Shown: positions 47,859 to 49,740 of the stretch, in pieces
Position numbering within the stretch: the first letter of the stretch is position 1
Layout: the number at the start of each line of letters is the position of its first letter
Assembly: GCA_018399355.1 (NCBI GenBank)
Contig: JAGYOA010000001.1
Coordinates: 1 to 49,740 of the forward strand
DNA length: 49,740 bases
DNA from: Candidatus Woesearchaeota archaeon
GTDB lineage: Archaea; Nanobdellota; Nanobdellia; Woesearchaeales; CG1-02-33-12
Direction of reading: 5' to 3'
The notes under the pieces: model-generated
Seen by the model: only the letters and a program-made list of their open reading frames with translations
The model's database searches: none
What the model was told of the DNA's origin: nothing
Position numbers and translations under genes: made by a program

Positions 47859-48389
47859 ATGGAAAAGCCGGAAACTATTGAAAATCAGGAATGCCCGATT
47901 TGCAAAACAAAAAATCTTTCTATGACTCAGGAAGAGGTTGAAATTCCATTCTTTGGAAAGGCATTTGTTTTTTCCATGACCTGTTCTAACTGCAAATATC
48001 ATGTTGCAGATGTTGAGGCAGCTGAAACAAAAGAGCCAACAAAACATACAATAGAGATAAGTTCTGAAGAAGATATGAAGATAAGAGTTATTAAGTCATC
48101 ACAGGCAACCATAAAGATTCCTCATATAACCACAATAACTCCCGGGCCTGCATCAACCGGCTATATAACAAACATAGAGGGAATTCTAAGAAGAGTAAGG
48201 CACCAGATAGAAGTTGTTGCTGATGAAGCAGAAGACAATGATGAAAAAAAGAAAGCAAAAAAGATGATTAAAAAGCTTAATAAGGTTATGTGGGGGGATG
48301 AAAAATTAAAGATAACAATAGAAGATCCAAGCGGAAACTCAGCTATAATTTCAGACAAAACAGAATCATCAAAATTAAAAGTAAAATAA
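47859..48389 (+). CDS. ZPR1 zinc-finger domain protein
   Basis: CPIC..EIPFFG..CSNC, RVIKS, GYITNIEG and IEDPSGNS. Confidence 0.93.
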   Translation: MEKPETIENQECPICKTKNLSMTQEEVEIPFFGKAFVFSMTCSNCKYHVADVEAAETKEPTKHTIEISSEEDMKIRVIKSSQATIKIPHITTITPGPASTGYITNIEGILRRVRHQIEVVADEAEDNDEKKKAKKMIKKLNKVMWGDEKLKITIEDPSGNSAIISDKTESSKLKVK

Positions 48390-48440
48390 TTTCTATTTTA
48401 AAATAGTAACATTTTTATATTTCTAATCTAAGTTAAAAAT

Positions 48441-49235
48441 ATGGCAAATACACCAATAAAGATTGGAATCATAGGTGGCTCAGGAGTTTATGACCCAAAT
48501 ATTCTTGATGATATAAAAAAAATAAAAGTTCATACACCATATGGAGCTACATCTGATTTAGTGACAACTGGAAGATTAAAAGGAAGATATGTTTTTTTTA
48601 TTCCAAGGCATGGGCCCAATCATACAATAAATCCCAGCAATGTAAACTACAGAGCAAACATATATGCGCTGAAAAAACTTGGAGTAACACATATACTTGC
48701 ACCCTCAGCAGTCGGCTCTCTTAATGAGGGAATGAAGCCTGGTGATTTTGTTTTCACAGACCAGTTTATTGACAGGACTTATAAGAGGGAAACAAGCTTT
48801 TACACAGGCTCGCAGGTATGCCATATTTCTGTTGCAGAGCCATGCTGCCCTGTATTAAGAAAAATCCTTGTACAAGAAGCAAAAAGACTTAAGTTTCCCT
48901 ATCATGAAAAAGGTTGTTGTGTTGTTGTTGAAGGCCCAAGATTTTCAACAAAGGCAGAATCAAACATGTTCAGGCAATGGAATGCAGACATAATAGGAAT
49001 GACCATGACACCAGAGGTAGTACTTGCAAGAGAAGCAGAAATATGCTATGCAACAATAGGAATGATAACAGACTATGATGTATGGCGTAGTGGTGAAGTA
49101 AGCGGGGAAGAGGTTGCACAAACTATGAAAAACAATATTGAAAAGGTCAGGAAATTACTCATAGAAGTAATCGCAAAAATACCAAAAGAAAGGACATGCA
49201 ATTGCAAGAATGCCTTGGAAGGGGCTTTTCTTTAG
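48441..49235 (+). CDS. mtnP: S-methyl-5'-thioadenosine phosphorylase
   Basis: IGIIGGSG, TPYG, PRHG, NYRANI, EGPRFSTKAES, GMT..PE and ITDYD. Confidence 0.93.
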   Translation: MANTPIKIGIIGGSGVYDPNILDDIKKIKVHTPYGATSDLVTTGRLKGRYVFFIPRHGPNHTINPSNVNYRANIYALKKLGVTHILAPSAVGSLNEGMKPGDFVFTDQFIDRTYKRETSFYTGSQVCHISVAEPCCPVLRKILVQEAKRLKFPYHEKGCCVVVEGPRFSTKAESNMFRQWNADIIGMTMTPEVVLAREAEICYATIGMITDYDVWRSGEVSGEEVAQTMKNNIEKVRKLLIEVIAKIPKERTCNCKNALEGAFL

Positions 49236-49277
49236 AAAACCTTTTATACCAATAAAAAAATAAAAACTGGTGGTTTT

Positions 49278-49740
49278 ATGGAATTAAGAGACAAGATAAG
49301 GACTATTCCTAATTTTCCAAAAAAAGGGATAATGTTCAAGGACATAACAACATTGTTAAAAGACCATCATGCTTTCAGGCATGTCATAAGGCAGATTCTT
49401 AATTACTTTGATGGAAAAGAGATAAATGTTGTTGCAAGCGCTGAATCTCGCGGCTTTATCCTTGGTGCTGTTCTTGCCCATGAACTCCATGCTGGTTTTG
49501 TTCCTTTAAGAAAGCCAGGAAAGCTTCCTTACAAGACAATAAGACAGGAATTCCAGACAGAGTATAGTACAGATGCTTTTGAAATACATGAGGATGCGAT
49601 TGAAAAAGGAGATAAAGTATTGATAGTCGATGACCTTCTTGCAACAGGAGGGACTGCAAAGGCCGCTGTTGATTTAATTGAAAAACTTGAAGGAAAGGTT
49701 GTTGGATTGGCTTTCATAATAGAATTAAGCTTTTTGAAAG
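49278..49740 (+). CDS. apt: Adenine phosphoribosyltransferase, truncated by the window end (absent from the ORF track)
   Basis: Manual translation gives MELRDKIRTIPNFPKKGIMFKDIT, ESRGF, RKPGKLP and the PRPP motif LIVDDLLATGGT. Confidence 0.95.
   Translation, partial: MELRDKIRTIPNFPKKGIMFKDITTLLKDHHAFRHVIRQILNYFDGKEINVVASAESRGFILGAVLAHELHAGFVPLRKPGKLPYKTIRQEFQTEYSTDAFEIHEDAIEKGDKVLIVDDLLATGGTAKAAVDLIEKLEGKVVGLAFIIELSFLK

Overview
AT-rich, gene-dense archaeal DNA with BRE/TATA promoters and GGTGA/GAGG Shine-Dalgarno sites. The gene content points to a DPANN lineage, most plausibly Woesearchaeota-like (inference). Housekeeping genes: hisS, metG, ychF, taw3, yhbY, an N-terminally reduced NFACT/RqcH-like protein, a single-domain KaiC-like ATPase, ZPR1, mtnP, apt (partial) and a form III RuBisCO. 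Three uncharacterised blocks stand out. (1) Three tandem paralogous ~165-190 aa genes (2926-4572) appear to share a domain with a 476-aa protein. That protein opens a cluster (7271-12039) with an EndoIV-like TIM barrel carrying a ~280-aa insertion and an MNT-HEPN fusion. (2) A type IV/Tad-like pilus locus (18761-29277) has up to seven class III signal peptide proteins, a vWA adhesin flanked by paralogous pilins, a TadC gene that seems to need an ATA start, and a wHTH plus helical-repeat protein. (3) A tandemly duplicated 14.6-kb surface module (33216-47807) consists of a giant pilin-like protein, an Ig/Cys-rich giant protein (split in copy 1, fused in copy 2) and a polytopic membrane protein. 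I saw no rRNA, tRNA, CRISPR array or mobile element. All family calls come from motif recognition by eye; no searches were run.
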